A DNA stretch of 64,000 bases from Lama guanicoe (Eukaryota). Position numbers and translations under genes: made by a program. Below, piece by piece: positions 1 through 12,769 of the stretch. The stretch covers positions 14,388,029 through 14,452,028 of the forward strand of contig MU054323.1 of the NCBI GenBank assembly GCA_013239625.1, read 5' to 3'. How positions within the stretch are numbered: position 1 is the first letter of the stretch; the number at the start of each line of letters is the position of its first letter. A model generated the notes under the pieces. That model was not told the DNA's origin and made no database searches. It worked only from the letters and a program-made list of their open reading frames with translations.

Positions 1-268
1 AAAAAAAAAAAGCATCTTGGAATTACAAGCAGGCATAATCAGCATATAATTTAGATATTTCTATTAAAACTCAAACTTGTATATCAACTTCCCTTTAAAA
101 TCTCCATATTGATTTCCCCAAATATGTTGAAGTCAATTTATGCTAAACTAAATTGATTACTCCCCCTCTACCTGCTCTTACACATTTCTGATAGTTCTAA
201 TTTATAAGCCCTACACAGTCTTAACAGTATTTTTTCATTGCATAATGATAAGAATCTCAAGTGCTTAC

Positions 269-716
269 TGCAGTGGGTTGAATAGTGTCTCCCCACCAAA
301 TTCACGTCTACTTGGAACTTCAGACTGTGGACTTTGAAATGGTCTTTACAGATATAATTTGTTAAGGATCTCAGGATGAAATAATCATGGATTTACAATG
401 GGCCCTACATTTATTGCATGGTGTTCTTATAAGTAGAGAAGAGGACACAGAGACACAAAGGGGAGGGCATGTGAAGATGGAGGCAAAGACAGAGTCATGT
501 ACTCATAAGCCAAAGAACATCTTGAGCCCACAGAAGGTGGAAAAGTCAAGGATGGATTCTTCCCTAGATTCTTTGAAGAGAATGTTGTCCTGTTGCACCT
601 TCATTTTGTACTTTTGTCATCCATAACTGTAAAAAAAAAATTATATATATATTACTATTATTTTAAGGTACTCAATGTGTGATAATTTGCTATGGCAGCC
701 CTTGTAAAGTAATATA
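269..716 (+). mobile_element. MaLR LTR, MLT1C-like
   Basis: Starts TG-cagtgggttgaatagtg; contains 'gttaaggatctcaggatga', 'tgtgaagatggaggcaaagacagagtcatg' and 'caaggatggattcttccctaga'; ends 'tatggcagcccttgtaaagtaatata'. All resemble the MLT1C consensus. Confidence 0.85.
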
Positions 717-717
717 A

Positions 718-1067
718 TGCAATGGTCTGAATGTTTGTGTCCCTCACCAAATTCATATATTTCAGTCTTAATCCCCAAGGTGATAGTATTAAGTGGTAAG
801 GTTTTTGAGAAGTGATTAGGTCATGGGGGCAGAGACCTCACAATTGGCATTTAGTGCCCTTATAAAAGAGGGCCCACCATGCTCCCAAGTCCCAGCCACT
901 GTGTAAGGACACAGCAAGAAGTCACAAGTTTGGAGAGAGCTTTTCTCAGAATCCAACCATTCTGCACCTTAATCTTAGATTCCAGACTAGAGAACCATGG
1001 GAACTAAATTTCTGTCATTTATAAGCTCCCAGTCTGTGGTATTTTATTGCAACAGCCTGAATGGACT
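718..1067 (+). mobile_element. MaLR LTR, MLT1A0-like
   Basis: Starts 'tgcaatggtctgaatgtttgtgtccc', contains 'tagtgcccttataaaagagg', and ends 'ggtattttattgcaacagcctgaatggact'. Confidence 0.88.
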
Positions 1068-3578
1068 GTTTATCATGCCATACAATGTCTTCATTGTTAA
1101 ACCCCTGTTTATTGCCACAGTCTCATTCCATACTGCATATCCTCTGCTTTCCAGACCCTCTAAATGACTCACTGGTTCTTGAATATACCATGTCTTTTCT
1201 TGCTTCTAGTTGTTTGTTCCCTTTGTCCATTGTCTCTGGAAGACATCACCAGACCTTTGTGTGGCCGCTTCCTTATTCAGTGTATGTATCTTTATCACTT
1301 CCCCTGGGAAGTGTTTTTGAAGCCTTGAAGATGTGTTAGGTTCCAGTACATTCTTACAGTATTCATACAGTAGGGTGTGTTTACCTCACCCTAATACTCT
1401 GTTGTAATTGCTGGTTTACTGTACATTGTTTTCTGGACTGATTGGGTCTGGAGGATAAAAACTGTGCTTTAATCATCATTCTGATTCCAGTGACTGTCAA
1501 AATGAAAGACAGCTACAAACAACTCAGCAAATATTTGTTGAATAATTTAATTATGATCACTGAAAGATGATGCACAAAAAATCCCAGGGAAGAAACCCTT
1601 GGTGTTGGAAAGTATCAATACATTGATATCATCAGATGCTAACAGCTTAAAATACATAACAACATATCAGAACATGTACAGATGAATGTTATCAGGTTTA
1701 TGAAGGGAAAGTAAGAAGTCATTTTAGGTGAAGAACAATGGAGAAAATGAGAAAGGAAAGCTAAAGGTGGAGATATCAGGCAATTTCAAGAGCTGTCAAG
1801 TAGCAAAGGAAGAAAATGTATTTACTGAGTGGTTTCCATTGTCATCACAGTATCAGTGGGTAGCAGGAGGAGTTATAAAAGAGTCATTGTAGGAAGAAAT
1901 TCTCTAATTATTAGATTCATCCAAAATTGGAACGACCATTCTTGTTATACATTCTCTCACTAGAGGAGAGGGATTGGGATCAATAATTTTAAGGATATTT
2001 ATATAAATACTAGTCAGCAAGAGATTGGACTAGACGAGATACTGGTAATTTTGCTTTAATTTTCACTAAAGGACATAGCAATATGTTTTATTGATTCATA
2101 TGCTCAGCAACACTGAGGAAAACTTTCTTTATGAAACACCATGGCTCTAGGAAATTTAGAAATATGTTACTACTGGTGATAATACACTAATGAGAGTTAG
2201 GGAAATTTAGCTGATTGGTTCAATATATTGCACTGTCACCAGCTATGTGTGTGCTAAATTAGTGAAGCAGTCCTGAAGTATAAACTCATCAAATTCAGTT
2301 GTATTGATCTTCTACTATACATCATGTTTTGTTAATTATTGGATTATGTCATACTCTCACTTAAACATGAAATTTATATTTTAATTTGCTTATGTAATAT
2401 TCAGAAATAGTGAAATCTGGCCCTAGTCTCTATTTCTTCTTCTTCTTCTTTTTTTTTTTGGTACAAATCCATATTTCTCTTCTATCAACCTTCTTAAAGT
2501 TGCTATTTTTTCACCTTTAGAATCACTGATTCCACCAGGAGTCTATTAATGGTATAAAGAATGAAATTTTGAAAAAAATGAAAGATTTTCTTATAATTTA
2601 TGTGCTTAAATATATATAAGATTTGGGAATCACCTTTCAGTGTGTGAGAGAAACCTCTCAGAACATTTGTTTTCAAGTACCTGATCAGTAAGAATACTAT
2701 TTGAAATTAAAATCTGAGTCAATAAAGCACAGAGCTTTTCTGCTAAGTACCCTGTTTGAAAAACAGTTTCTCAGCAGGCTATAGCCAAGGGAGCAACAGA
2801 ATTCAAGTGCAGCGAGGCTAATAGAGGCATCAGCTGCTGAAATAGAATTAAATCAAGGGTCAGGAATTAGATTTGACAGAAAGATTAATAATTCAGCTGG
2901 GAACATAGAAAGCAATATGAATGGTTTCAGCTTTTGCCTGGGATTGTGTCATCTGAAAAATAAATAAATAAAATAATGTGAAATAAAATCAGTCACACTT
3001 TGAGCCTTGATGCTTTTCGAAGTAGAGTACTGACTATCTGACAGCACCCCTGAAGCTGGTTTCATGGGTCCCTTACATCGCGGCTTTCACCAGATTTTCT
3101 CTTGGCTGGTCCTCAGAGTGGCCACAGCACTCAAGCATCTGAATGAAAAAGGAACTTAGGAACAAGTTTTTAATAGGGATGAAGCCAAAGACAAAGATTG
3201 CCTTTTTCATTTGTGCGATTCTGTTACTCCTTGTCAAATTGGTGGTCAGAGTGTCTCTTCCTAGCGGTATATCAGATTTTGTTTTCTTCTTATTATAGTC
3301 TGTGGGAAAGTTAGCTGAAAATGAGCACATCCAGTATCAGCTGGTAAGATGTACCAAGCAACTTTAAAATTGGTAACCAAACTTGGAAAATTACTACGTA
3401 AAATGTGTAGCTACAAGCTGAATAATGTTCATTAAGATTGTAAAATATAAGAAAAGTCTAATCTTTACAAACAAACCAGAATACTTCAGAATTCTCTTCC
3501 CAACTCACACTATTCACTACTCAGTATTTTACAGTTATTGTTGCTAGAGTGCATTATATACCGACTCACCTTGCAGAG

Positions 3579-3962
3579 CATATCGGTTTGCTGGGGCTGC
3601 CATAACAAATTACCACAGACTAGGTAGCTCAAACAATAGACATTTGTTTTCTCACATTTCTGGAGGATAGAAGTTTAAGATCAAACTGTCAGCAGAGTTG
3701 ATTTCTTCTGATTCCTCTCTCCTGGGCTATAGATGACTATTTTTCCCTATGTCCTCACATGGCCTTTCTCTGTACCTGTATATGCTCATAAATTCTTCTT
3801 ATCAGGACACCAGCTATATTTAATTAGGGCCCATCCTACTGACCACATTTTAACTCAATTATCTCTTTAAACATCTATCTCCAAATGCAGTCACATTCTG
3901 AGGTATGTGAGGTTAAGACTTTAATATATGGATCTTGGGGGGACACAGTTCTGCACATAACA
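3579..3962 (-). mobile_element. MaLR solo LTR, MLT1B-like
   Basis: Reverse complement of the MLT1B consensus, from 'tttgctggggctgccataacaaattaccacagact' to 'ggggggacacagttctgcacataaca'; about 385 bp, full length. Confidence 0.88.
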
Positions 3963-4789
3963 AAGTTTCTTGAGTTTGTTCAGGTAAGAAGAGGGCTTCC
4001 AAAATCTTAGTAGGAACTCAGTTTTCCTTCCCCCAAGACTTAGGCAGCTGAGTGTCCTGAAGTGATGTGAGAGCATTTCCCACAAAGGGTAATTATAAGT
4101 GGATCGATGGTTTTCCCTGTCATGAGCTTCATTCACTCTTGCTGGACAGTCAGTGAATTTGGTGCTAGATGTTGATATGTTTACACTGTGATATGTCACT
4201 GAAGGGAGGAACAATTTGTGTATTCCCTGGGCTCACGGGCAGTCTGTGGGCACACAACGACCACAGTCTTAGAAAGCTGTGGCATTTATCTTTTTGTCAG
4301 CTGGCACTTACATCTCTAATAAGGATACCTCTAGGGTTTAAAATTTTAACTTCAAAAGTGAAGATGAGTTAACTCAAGAAAATCTGAGGTAGAAAAATGG
4401 GGAGGTTCTAGGGATTTCGTAATATATGCTTAGCTGTGGCAACGATGCATCTCAGTAGTTTCCACTTTCACTACACACTTGGAAGAATGGGTTTCTGTGA
4501 TCTACATGTACATGAATCACAGTATATTCTCTTGAACCAGCTTAAAGCATCACTGTCTCTGTAATACAGTCTCTTGATTTTGTTGGAGTCATAAAAGCCC
4601 CCAAGTGATTACTAACCACCTTTATCTTGTCTAAGTTAGTACAAGACTTTCAAGAAGCTATGATAGGTAGGGAGGATAGTACTAGAACTTAAACATTATC
4701 AAGTTCTGTCTAATGATTTGCCATTTGCAAATATGATGTAGTAGACGAAGAAAAGTTATTGGGTATACACTGGAGTGGGGAAGGCAATT

Positions 4790-4985
4790 AGAATTTTTGA
4801 ACATCTGTTATGATGATTAACATAACTAGAACTTTGCATGTAATATTTTACTCTTCAAAACAAACTTACAGATAAATGTTATCACCTGCTTTTACATATG
4901 TAGAAAGAGCTGCCAAAAGTAATTAATCTTGTGATGTAGGAAGTCACAAGAATAGTAAGGAACAGAAATCGAAGAACTCTACCAT
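4790..4985 (-). mobile_element. MIR SINE, degenerate
   Basis: 'actttgcatgtaatattttactcttcaaaacaaacttacagataaatgttatcacctgcttttacatatgtagaaa' resembles the MIR core in reverse. Confidence 0.55.
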
Positions 4986-5711
4986 TCCATAATTATGCTC
5001 TTTTCATTACACATTAAGGCTGGCATTGCTAGTGGACCCATCTGCCAGTGCAATGTGTTATGGTTCTCCAACAATTCTATCCATAGAAATAGGGTAACAT
5101 TGCTTTGATTGCTTGTTGTTTGTCTACCCCCTTCCAGGTGTAGAGTAAGATTTAGGAGGTTGTAGTAAGCACCAAGGGATGATGCCCACATTACTTATTT
5201 TTAATTTCATGCTAAAGATTCTCTCAAGAAAATAAACATAAACTCAAAGATAATTTAGGGTTGCTATCAGAACAATGATTATTTCTTATACTTGCAGTCT
5301 TATCAGGTGTCAAGCAAAAAATTATATATATCACCTCTTCACATAAGACCTTCAAATCAATTTAATCCTAGCCTGAGCGTGTAATATGCAGTTTGTTTCA
5401 TAAAGGCAGTGAAGGCTTAAGGGATGTCTTAGATCTCTGCCACAATATGGATCTATGTCTTTCCATGTCAGTGAGCTACTCAAAACCAGAGCTAAGAATA
5501 GATCCCTGCCCTGAATCAACAGTCATACATTTGCTTTAATACTGGATACATGTACCCATATTCCTAGATTCTGCAGAACTTTCTCTGGTTTTCCAGTTAT
5601 CTATTCATAGCCTTCATAATTTCCCAGTTTCCTCATTCCCAGCTGAAGCCTTGGACCATACCTGCATATTTGGAATCACTATTACCTGTTTTCTCTTACC
5701 TTAAGTTTTTT

Positions 5712-5790
5712 GTTTATTCATTCATTTATTTATCAATAAATAGTTATTAAGAAATTACAGAACGTCTAGATGCTTTTTAGCATCTAGAAG
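5712..5790 (-). mobile_element. L2 3' end fragment
   Basis: 'ttattcattcatttatttatcaataaatagttattaag' is the reverse complement of the L2 (AATG)n tail. Confidence 0.5.
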
Positions 5791-8029
5791 GAGCATGTAT
5801 GTATCTGTTGGCATATAATTTGTTCTATCTTTTTATTGTGTTTTATTCTGTTTTAGGGAAGAGGCAGTAAGAAGTGAGGAAGAAACCTCCCCCTTAGGTT
5901 TACCTGTTGGTGGATTACTGGAAAAACCACACCAGCACTATGAGACTGTATCTTGCTCAGTAGTACATTCAGGGAACATCTACACTTCATTAGAGAAAAA
6001 ATGAGAGAGAGAGGCAGTTGATGTGAGGTTTTGCTAATAACAGGCACTGGGTTCCAGAGAGCACAATAGAAAGAAAAAGATTTTGGATCACATGATAGTA
6101 TGCAGTCTAATGAATATGAATGTCTTTATGATACAGGATGTCCTAAAAATTCCAGGTTTCTAGTGGTGATTTAGGTATAGAAGTATCAGTTTTAATGGTC
6201 TCTAAAATAAATGTAGGCAGTCAGTTCTAATGAAGTTTTTTTCCTTGGTACTGCTGGGAGGCTGAGACAGCAGGAGGGGCAGAGTTTTGTGGACCTCCTT
6301 TGTGGACCTACTGAAAGCAGGACTGAGACAGGTGGAGATCCAGTTTGAAATCATAATTACTTGACCTTGGGACATTGCTTGACCACACCACCCCATTTTG
6401 CTACTATAACCACATGGGAAAATCTGCCTTCTTTTGCTTTTTCCTTTTGTGGCGATAGTGCCTGTGTCAGAAATGATTGAAGTATATGACTCACACTTTA
6501 ACCAGAGCAATAGATTATCACCGCTCAGGTACCTGTTAGAAAATTCAATCATGAATTTACTGCAATTTAACACCTGCCAAATGCTTGCTTAAGACATTGG
6601 CAAGGAAGAATGGGTGGATGGAGAGACTTCATGCCCATTCGGCTCTCTTAAATTACAATTCTTACAGTAATTGAGATCACCAGAACGCAACAGAACTGAA
6701 GGCATAATTACCTCAGCCTCTCACTGAGCTACATTTAATAGTATGCCTTCACCTCTAAACTGTAAAGATACAGTTCAGTAGTAGATGCATGCATTTGAAC
6801 AGCGGTACTATCTTTTATTAGACGACAGATTGTCCATTGTGTTTATCTGTGTCTCTTAAACACAGAAGCCTGCCATAAATTCCACCTTAACTTTACTTTA
6901 AGGAAATCACTTAAATCTATAAGGGAATTTGCCTTACAGATTTTGCCTGAATGCAAAATTTGTTTAATGAATTGTAGTTCTCTTTTTTCCAGATCTTAGA
7001 ATACGTGGGATCTAGAAAGCTTACTTAGGATCAAATGCAAAACCTAACTCTATCTCATCTGTCTGGAAATAAAGTATATGCCATGCTTTTCTTTCATGTT
7101 CTCTTCTGAACCTTAGCTATACTATTTAGCCTTACAACAAAAGTTCAAGTTATCTCAAGTTTTTCAGAAGTAGGCTAAATATAAATACTTAAAATACATT
7201 ATATAACATGTATTACATCAATTTTTAGAAAAGAAACATTACACACACCCACACATGTGCGCAGAGATTATAAATCCAAAAAGAAGCATATGCATTAACG
7301 TAAATATATAGAACGTAGAGTAGGAGAAAAAGGGATTAATCTTATTAATAATACTTTGAATAATCGATGCAATTAATAAAATTCTGTGTAGTTTGTGTGT
7401 TTTTTAACCATCATGATGTTATGATTTATGCATTATTATTATTATCATTAGAGAATATTGCAGCCTAGAGAAAGTAAACTTTCTACTCTTTTATGGTCCG
7501 TAGGTACAAGAATGGGGATAAGAATTCATGCATGATAACTTCAAAGCCTGTCTCTTAACCCCACACCTACTGCCTCTTAACCTCATCACAGGGAATCTAG
7601 ACTTTTCTGCATTCACAGTTTTACTGCTTCAGCTTTCTGTTAAACTTCTGGTAAAGAGCTTGTTGCTTAAAGGCAGAGCAAGCCCATATTACATTGTGGT
7701 CCCTTGTGATTACAAAACAATGAGCCAAAATGGCCAGGGAAGCCTCGCAATTGTCAAGTGTCCTACAAGGCTCAGTAAACATCAATAAAAGCACACCTGC
7801 TGTCTAAGAACTTATAAAGTATAATTTGCCCAAGTGATATGCTATTTTGAATTACTTGTCTTAGTTTCTCTTTAGTTCCAGGGGAAGCTACAGATCAGAA
7901 TGCATTGGCACCTAAAATTTTTAATAGGACAAGCTATGGAGATAGCTATCTTTAATATTCAAATTGTCTAAAAGAATATGTTTTATATTTAACAAAAGCT
8001 TCTGTGTTTGATCAGTTGATTGAAAAGCT

Positions 8030-8255
8030 GTATTGCTCAGTGGAAATCCCATGTGGTTTGAGGTGTTTATACCTGAGTTTTGAATTCTGACTTGGATATT
8101 GATTAGTTATATCAACCTGAGTAAGCCATTCGATCAGTTAGCTTTGGGATTCATGTGTAGAATGATGAGCATGAAATAATAATGATTTCAGAGCATGTAC
8201 TGAAGAGCAAATGAGATTTTATTTGTAAAAACACTTTAGTGAGTGGTCTGTGGAT
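8030..8255 (+). mobile_element. MIR SINE
   Basis: 'acctgagttttgaattctgacttgg...aaatgagattttatttgtaaaaacactt'. Confidence 0.55.
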
Positions 8256-8894
8256 AACTTCTTTGCTGTTGTAATACACTGTGAATAAGACTAAATTTTT
8301 TTCTCCTTTAATGGATTCTTTTCCCATCATGAATCCATAGATTTAAAAAATTTATAAATTTGGCATTCTTTTAGAAGGGGTTTTTGTATATATTTTGATC
8401 TTAATATTAATAGAAAATGTAGTATGTCTCAAAAAGAAATTCTCTTACATGTGCTGTATATATTTTTTATACTTAAGGAACATATGGGCTCAGAGATACA
8501 TACAAGGCTGTTTTCATAGTTTTAATTTTTCTTTTCAATCCGTATCTTGAACACTTCAGGAAAGGAGCAGGCCATGAGGCAACTCAGGAGCTTCCAATAG
8601 CATTTGGCTCATTCACTAAAAACTCTGGGAGAGCCTGGTAATGGTGAGCTAGTTTCTCCTGGCACATCTTACTGACCCTTGTCTCTACCCTGCAGCTTTC
8701 TCCTTCTTCCTGTTTCTCCTGCACCAATCTAAGTCCTTCCTTATCTTTGTTCTAAAGGCAGGTACTGAAAAATTTGAACAAATTATAGATATCCAAACAT
8801 AATCTTTAAAAATATGATCAATTAATTTTTTTCGAACCCTCTATTAGTCTTAAATGTTTAATACTTATATGTAGTTTTACTTGAGTCTGAAATG

Positions 8895-9068
8895 CATATT
8901 CATCATAAAGTAAGTTCCAGCAAGGCAGGATTTTCTGTTTGTTTTTTTAATTTGCAAGTTTGCTTGATTTGTTTTTTTTTTGGTCTGTTTATTCACTGCT
9001 TAACACCCCAAAACCTAAAAAGAGGCTAGTAGGTGCTTGGCAAATATTGCTGATTAAAGAAATGAATG
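8895..9068 (+). mobile_element. L2 3' end
   Basis: 'gtaagttccagcaaggcaggattttctg...tagtaggtgcttggcaaatattgctgattaaagaaatgaatg'. Confidence 0.65.
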
Positions 9069-9198
9069 TGTTTTAATTTCAACAGTAAACTCTCTGACAA
9101 CTACTTCTCAGAATTTTTCATCTAGACCGTAAAGGGCTCATTCATGATTTCAACCCAGAATGAGAAAATGCATAGTCATTTCCTGCGGGAAGCAGGTA

Positions 9199-9242
9199 AC
9201 AAGGGAAATACGAAAACCTTACAAGGGAAATACGAAAACCTT
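9199..9242. repeat. Exact 22-bp tandem duplication (ACAAGGGAAATACGAAAACCTT x2)
   Basis: Read directly: 9199-9220 is identical to 9221-9242. Confidence 0.97.
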
Positions 9243-9984
9243 AGAAGAAGTGCTGCCTTTTGATTTCACATTAATGGAGATTAGTTAAAAATAAAAGCAG
9301 CTGCTCTGCAATAATAAACAAAAAATTTCAACATCCCTCTTCCCTTGCCATTCTGTCACTGTAGTCTTATCTTTTAATTAAACTTGAACTTTAAAATAAA
9401 TGTGTCTGGCTTGCTAGTTTATTAAATGGAATATCAATGGAGAGCTTCTAGATTCAGCAATTGGTGTGCTATAGAATGCCTTTTAAAAATAAATGACCAC
9501 ATCAAACGCTCTGATTTTATTGAAAGTCCAAGTTTATAGTTCTCCTATTAGAAAGGAGCAAAAGTAAAGTGTGAAAATTGAGATGGTTTGACTCCTTTAT
9601 AGTACGTTGAAGTGCTCACATAGCTTTATTTAAGGAATGATTAACTTTTATTAACGAAGAAAATTTTGCCAAGAAATACAAAGTTCATTATGCTTTATAC
9701 ATTGTAGACCAAGTTGAAACTTCGGAATTTATACCTGCTGAAGTTTGCAAACATTAGTTGTTTTTATTCTCTGCTTAAAATCTGTCATAATTAAATTCAC
9801 TGTATACTCTCTCAATCATATAACACTTGAGTTAGCAGTGGATATTGTTTGCTTTTGAGCTATTATTTTATCATTAGCCAATGGCATGGAATTGTCAGTA
9901 ATAAGAAAACTGAAGGTAATGATTTTGCTTCTAGGCATATAATCACATATATTTAAGTTTTGGTTATGCTAGAGTCTATTTAAA

Positions 9985-10200
9985 GGCTACTGGATGTCAG
10001 AAGTGTGATTGTTAGTCCTGGCTCTACTACCACTCTGTATGACTTCGGCTTTTTGATATTTCATGATTCAGCTTTTATTTATGAAATAAGAATGATAATA
10101 TTTGGCCTCAATTAATCCTATGGATAGGTGGAAGCACAGAAGGATCTATGGAAATGTTTCAGAAAATATGTTTAAAATATCAAGGCAAAGCATTAAATAA
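9985..10200 (+). mobile_element. MIR SINE, degenerate
   Basis: 'tagtcctggctctactaccactctgtatgacttcgg...ttatgaaataagaatgataata'. Confidence 0.5.
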
Positions 10201-11094
10201 TAGTAATAATTTTTCAGTAATCAGATTTCCAAAACAGGCTGGAAAATAGCTTTATTACTATTATTTATCTTTGTTATTGTTGTTATCATCGTCTCTATCA
10301 ATTTGATCTTTTAAAAACAATCTGTGTTTTCATATTTGTGTATATATTCAGATTTGAGTGACAGTCCCATATTTAGGTCTTTAAATGTTCATTGTACTAT
10401 TTATATCCATGGCGTAGAAAAGCATTGGGAAAAAAAGGCAGAAAAGGATAAAAAAAATGCAAAAATTAATTGTGGGACTATTGGTCTTTAATCCTATAAT
10501 AGATAACATCATGGGAGGTGGTACTGGTCATTTAAAAATGGAATATAAAATTAATATTTAGTATAATAAAAGAAAAATGTCCAGTTGGTTGTATCTCTTG
10601 ACGTAAATCCATAAGACAACTTAAACAAAGATAAATGTTGTTATTTAGAATCTGAATTTGAATACATAGTAGAATATATGCATGGCAACATAGATATAAT
10701 TGAATACAGATTCATAGTAAAAAGGCATTGTTGTAAAAGAAAACTAATTTTTAGGCTACTTCAATAAAATATACTACAGTGTTCAATTAAGGTAAAGGGT
10801 ACTTTCATATTGCAGTATTATATTATTTTTAACTACTTCTCAAAATGGAGACCTTTGACAACTTAGAATGTATCTGGATTCGTAAGAGACCAATAAACCA
10901 CACACAAGAAGAACATGTGAAGTGCTAGGCTTAATTAGCTGTCCCTTCTGAGTGCTATCATAGCACCTAGGGCATTTTATCATCATTTGTAAAGCTATTT
11001 CTTTGTAACCCCATTAAGCTATAAACCCTATAACACATCATATCTCTTATTCACTATAGCATCCCCAGTGTCTACTATATATTCTACAATAATT

Positions 11095-11206
11095 TTCTTC
11101 TTAAACCGGTAGATGATATTTCTTGGAAGAAGAATCTAAAGGATCATATGTTCTTCTTAAATGGGTAAATAATATTTCTTGAAAGAAAAATCCAAAGGAT
11201 GTTATG
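11095..11206. repeat. Diverged 56-bp tandem duplication
   Basis: 11095-11150 versus 11151-11206: 9 substitutions and no gaps by eye. Confidence 0.9.
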
Positions 11207-12769
11207 TTTGGTGCATTCAAAGTAGGAATAGGTAAAGCACAAAGAACTGAAATTAATATGGAAGGCTTAAAAAGAATTGGAACTGATCGAACAGATATTT
11301 GAGTGACATGAATTTCTACCCAGTTTAAGGGAAGATATTACAACCATTAGAAAGATCCATATATTGATAAGGATGCTTCCAAAAGTAAAGCTGATTCATT
11401 AACAACAGTATTCAACCAGATACCAGAAAGCCATTGATCAGGATTATTCTGGAAGATACCTGCCCTGGGGTTGAAGTTTGAATTAAATACTGTATAAAAG
11501 TCTTTATAGCCTAAGTCTCTAATTGTTATGTGGTTCAATTTTTAAAACAAAGGCAGATAGAGTTAAGCATTATCCAAAAGCAGTGATCACAGATTTCTCC
11601 ATCAAAGATGAGTCCCCGTATTGACCAGATCAGGGCTACAAAAGATACCTGCTAGGAAGGGTCGCTTTCCAATCCGCTTGGTTCCCAGGCTGTACAGAAG
11701 ACAGAGAGCTGCCTCTGGCTAATCTTGCACTCACCAGATTCACATTCTGCTTCTAAGGAATATGACACTTGCCTTTACAAACCCCTTTCCTTGTTCTGCA
11801 CTAGAATCATATCTCATTTTCTTTTATAGGATCATTAAAATGAATAAACAGAGTAATACATTGCCAGCAAGTAGGACTAATCTCATTGCATGTATCCTAA
11901 ATGTCTTAACTGTTTTGAAAACCAGCTGGTCTGTGTCTCAAATGCTGACAACAAAGGTAATGGCTTTTACACCTAGACAAGCCAATGATTTTCTTCTGTA
12001 GGTTTTTAGATTTGCCACAGGGGAAAAAATTGTAATCACTTCTTTCACAATGATAATAGCTTAATGTACATCAATTATTGTGAGGCAGCTGAAACGATGG
12101 TGTATTATCTCTCAGGGCCAGAGCATGATTGCCATTTTTGGTGAGAAATAGCTAGCTATCCATTTACTGCCACTTGATTGGAATAATATAGAAATTTATG
12201 TGCTTGCCAGATTTTTTTTGGCTGTGAAATCTAGGAAATGTGTTCTGTGTTAGTGCAGTGATGCTCATTTGGGAGCCCTTGTTTTTGCTTTTTTTCCCTC
12301 TCTTTCCATACTTTTTCTTACCCTGTTCTTAACCTACAACCTCCAAGGAACCACAGGGAAATCCTTGGATTTTCCCACCTGGACTGGACATTGAAATGTC
12401 TTTTGTTATTTATGTGAGAACAAGATGGAAGTCACTCGAAGGGAAATAAGTGAATTCACCTGCCTCATACTTATTTGTGACACAACTGGCCGTGGCACAA
12501 AAGAGCCATATGGATTCTGGCTCTGGGGTTCTCCAGAAGCCTCCCACCTCTATCATAGAAAGGCCTGCACAGCCATGACAACACCCATGAAAACACTCAA
12601 GAGCTAATTTCTACTTGGCGTTAGGGAAGTCTGCTTCCCCTCTCTAGGATGAAAGCTGTATTCAAGAATTTGCTAAGTTACAATACTTAAAGGAAAGAAC
12701 AATTTATCAAGCCTATGGGTGAGAGTTGAAGATATTGGGAAATACAGTTACTGCTGTAGTTTACTTTTG

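Larger units (their letters stand above)
90..1545 (+). mobile_element. Degenerate LINE-2 (L2) 3' region, interrupted by two MaLR LTRs
   Basis: L2-type 3' terminus 'ctcagcaaatatttgttgaataat' near 1522-1545 and pyrimidine-rich L2-like body at 1100-1500. The left boundary is uncertain. Confidence 0.55.

Noticed and set aside
5855..6400. Possible ancient LTR
   Set aside because: Composition is suggestive, but I could not match termini or a family.
12148..12159. 12-bp palindrome ATAGCTAGCTAT (likewise ATGGCATGCCAT at 29652)
   Set aside because: Several 12-bp palindromes are expected by chance in 64 kb.
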